A DNA stretch of 64,000 bases from contig NC_043004.1 in the NCBI RefSeq assembly GCF_006345805.1, positions 75,454,001 to 75,518,000 of the forward strand, written 5' to 3'. The notes under the pieces were generated by a model. The model saw only the letters and a list, made by a program, of their open reading frames with translations. It did not search any database and was not told the DNA's origin. Position 1 is the stretch's first letter; the number at the start of each line of letters is the position of its first letter. The translations under genes and the position numbers were made by a program. The DNA comes from Octopus sinensis. Its lineage: Eukaryota. Below are positions 61,946 through 64,000 of the stretch, one piece after another.

Positions 61946-63300
61946 ATGCGTTACTGTCTCCTTACTTTGATTTTGTGTGATTGTTGTCAAAGCCATCATC
62001 ATGCAAGCAGTGTCTTTTGCTTCCAGTTTTCTGTGGAAACACTTCTAGTCATGAGGAAATATTACCTTGCTTGGAAACAGGTCAAGACTGGCAACAGGAA
62101 GGGCATCCAGCAGGGACGGGCTGAGCCGTCAGTCAATCAGGCACTGCTCAAGGGCCCAGAGCTCTGAGGAGCACACACTCTACATTTTAACTCTCTTTGA
62201 TATCAATGCTAAGGGGCCCAGTGAACAGTTATGCCCGAGGGCCTTTAATACTCTCAGTCCGCCCCTGGCATCCAGCCATAGAAAAATTCACCTCAACAAA
62301 ATTCACCCAGAATCGTCTGGGTGAAACTTAGTACTTTCATAATTATGTTAATGGCTTTGAAAACAGACAAACAGACAACAAATTTAGAATGACTTTGGTC
62401 ATGCTTGATAAAGATAAAACAAAACTGGATGTGAGACAATTAAGCGTGTTGAAAAAAATGGATGTTAAAAAATAACTAATACATTTTGTAGGAGAAATTG
62501 AAAGAGACAACCTTATCATATAACGTGTGCCATTGGTTCAGCTTGGATTATCTTAATGATGGATTATCTTAAGGGTTTTTTCAGTCACTTATATGTTAAT
62601 TCAATGAGCAGGTAATTCAATAGTTTAAATGACTGAACCCTGATAGTTGAATAAGGAGCAATGCATTGATCAGAGCAACAAACTCAAGGGTGGCATTCAC
62701 TGGCCCTGTGACCATGCTGGAGCACCTCATAGTAAGTCAAATCGAACTCACTACTTTCAATCTAGTATCGTTTTATTGATTTCGTTCTTGTATGGCTAAT
62801 ATTTACATATTGAACTATACAGGTAAACACACGCACACAGATACACACATACACACACATAATATACATACCTGTAAGTATGCATGTGTGTGTGTGTGTA
62901 TATATATCAGAATCGAAATCGATCAATGGAAATCGATCATGGAATTGCAGATGTGTTACAGTGCCGGTGGCATGTAAGAGAACTTTCCGTTTCGCGACCG
63001 TTGCCAGCACCGCCCCGTTTGTGTCCGTTCCAGCCTCGCCTGGCCCTCGTGCCGTGGGCACATAAAAAGCACCATCCGTTCGTGGCCGTTTGCCAGCTCT
63101 GTCTGGCACCAGTGCGGGTGGCACGTAAAAGCCCCACTACACTCACGGAGTGGTTGGCGTTAGGAAGGGCATCCAGCCGTAGAAACACTGCCAGATTTGA
63201 CTGGGCCTGATGAAGCCTTCTGGCTTCACAGACCCCAGTAGAACCGTCCAACCCATGCTAGCTGGAAACGGACGCTAAACGACGATGAGATGATATATAT

Positions 63301-63336
<36 letters not shown>

Positions 63337-63699
63337 CACATTCCCACTGTGTGGCACTTGGGCAAGTGTTTTCTACTATAGCCTTGGGCCACCAATCCTT
63401 GTGAGTGGTAGACGGAAACTGAAAGAAGCCCGTCATATATATGCATATATATATATATATATATATATATACATGTGAGTATATGTTTCTGTTTGTCCCC
63501 CCAACGTCGCTTGACAACCAATGGTGGTGTGTTTACGCCCCCATATCTTAGCGGTTCAGCAAAAAACACCGATACAATAAGTAATAGGCTTACAAAGAAT
63601 AAGTCCTGGGGTCGATTTGCTCGACTAAATGCGATACTCCAGCATGGCCGCAGTCAAATGACTGAAACAAGTAAAAGAGTAAAGAGTGTATATATTTAT

Positions 63700-63860
63700 G
63701 AACAAAACTGGATACAACTCACCCAACAAGAACTCACTACTTGAACAAAACTTGACTTAAACAGGATTCGAATAATCCTATCAGGTGGTGGTATTAAGTT
63801 AGACATGGCCTGGACCAATCTCTGGTCGAAACATATCTAAGTTTTATCTAAGTTTTATAT
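63700..63860 (+). mobile_element. CR1-clade LINE 3' tail fragment
   Basis: NKNSLLE-like end, then CAGGTGG...AGACATGG...GAAACATATCTAAG similar to the tail near 7965-8030. Confidence 0.5.
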
Positions 63861-63918
63861 AAGCTGAAACTAGAATCAATCAATCAATCAATCAATCATA
63901 TATATATATATATCATAC

Positions 63919-63979
<61 letters not shown>

Positions 63980-64000
63980 TATATGCATGCATGCATACAT

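Noticed and set aside
63200-63235. CTGATGA plus hairpin as another hammerhead
   Set aside because: It is a mutated segment of the family C RTE tail and has no GAAA after the stem.

Overview
AT-rich, microsatellite-dense animal genomic DNA, most consistent with an octopus or other coleoid cephalopod (inferred from the look of the SINE families, not verified by search). Almost all ORFs in the supplied track are microsatellite or transposon shadows. Three spliced genes were rebuilt by hand from phase-compatible GT-AG exons: (1) CCDC103/DNAAF19, minus strand, 3 coding exons, 229 aa; (2) an unrecognised 106-aa protein, plus strand, 3 exons; (3) a secreted PAN/apple-domain protein, minus strand, at least 2 exons, 3' end not found. 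A probable housekeeping promoter with an MAQ micro-exon lies near 4.0-4.3 kb. The rest is a layered transposon landscape: two full-length decayed mariners, a near-intact 5'-truncated Tx1-clade LINE, RTE, CR1 and R4 fragments, non-autonomous Helitrons, piggyBac- and hAT-like MITEs, and several tRNA-derived SINE families. The most unusual signals are: hammerhead-ribozyme motifs in four unrelated repeat families (one a tRNA-headed SINE with a hammerhead tail, others with Penelope-like inverted-pLTR architecture); an RTE copy whose 5'-most 192 bp is amplified in frame 11 times; a Tx1 LINE inserted into the (AAT)n spacer of the hammerhead SINE and sharing its 3' tail with the commonest SINE; a fold-back minisatellite rich in STAT-type TTCNNNGAA sites; and a 60-bp spacerless CCAAT/TATA palindrome next to the putative CCDC103 first exon. 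Repeat boundaries are read by eye and are approximate.
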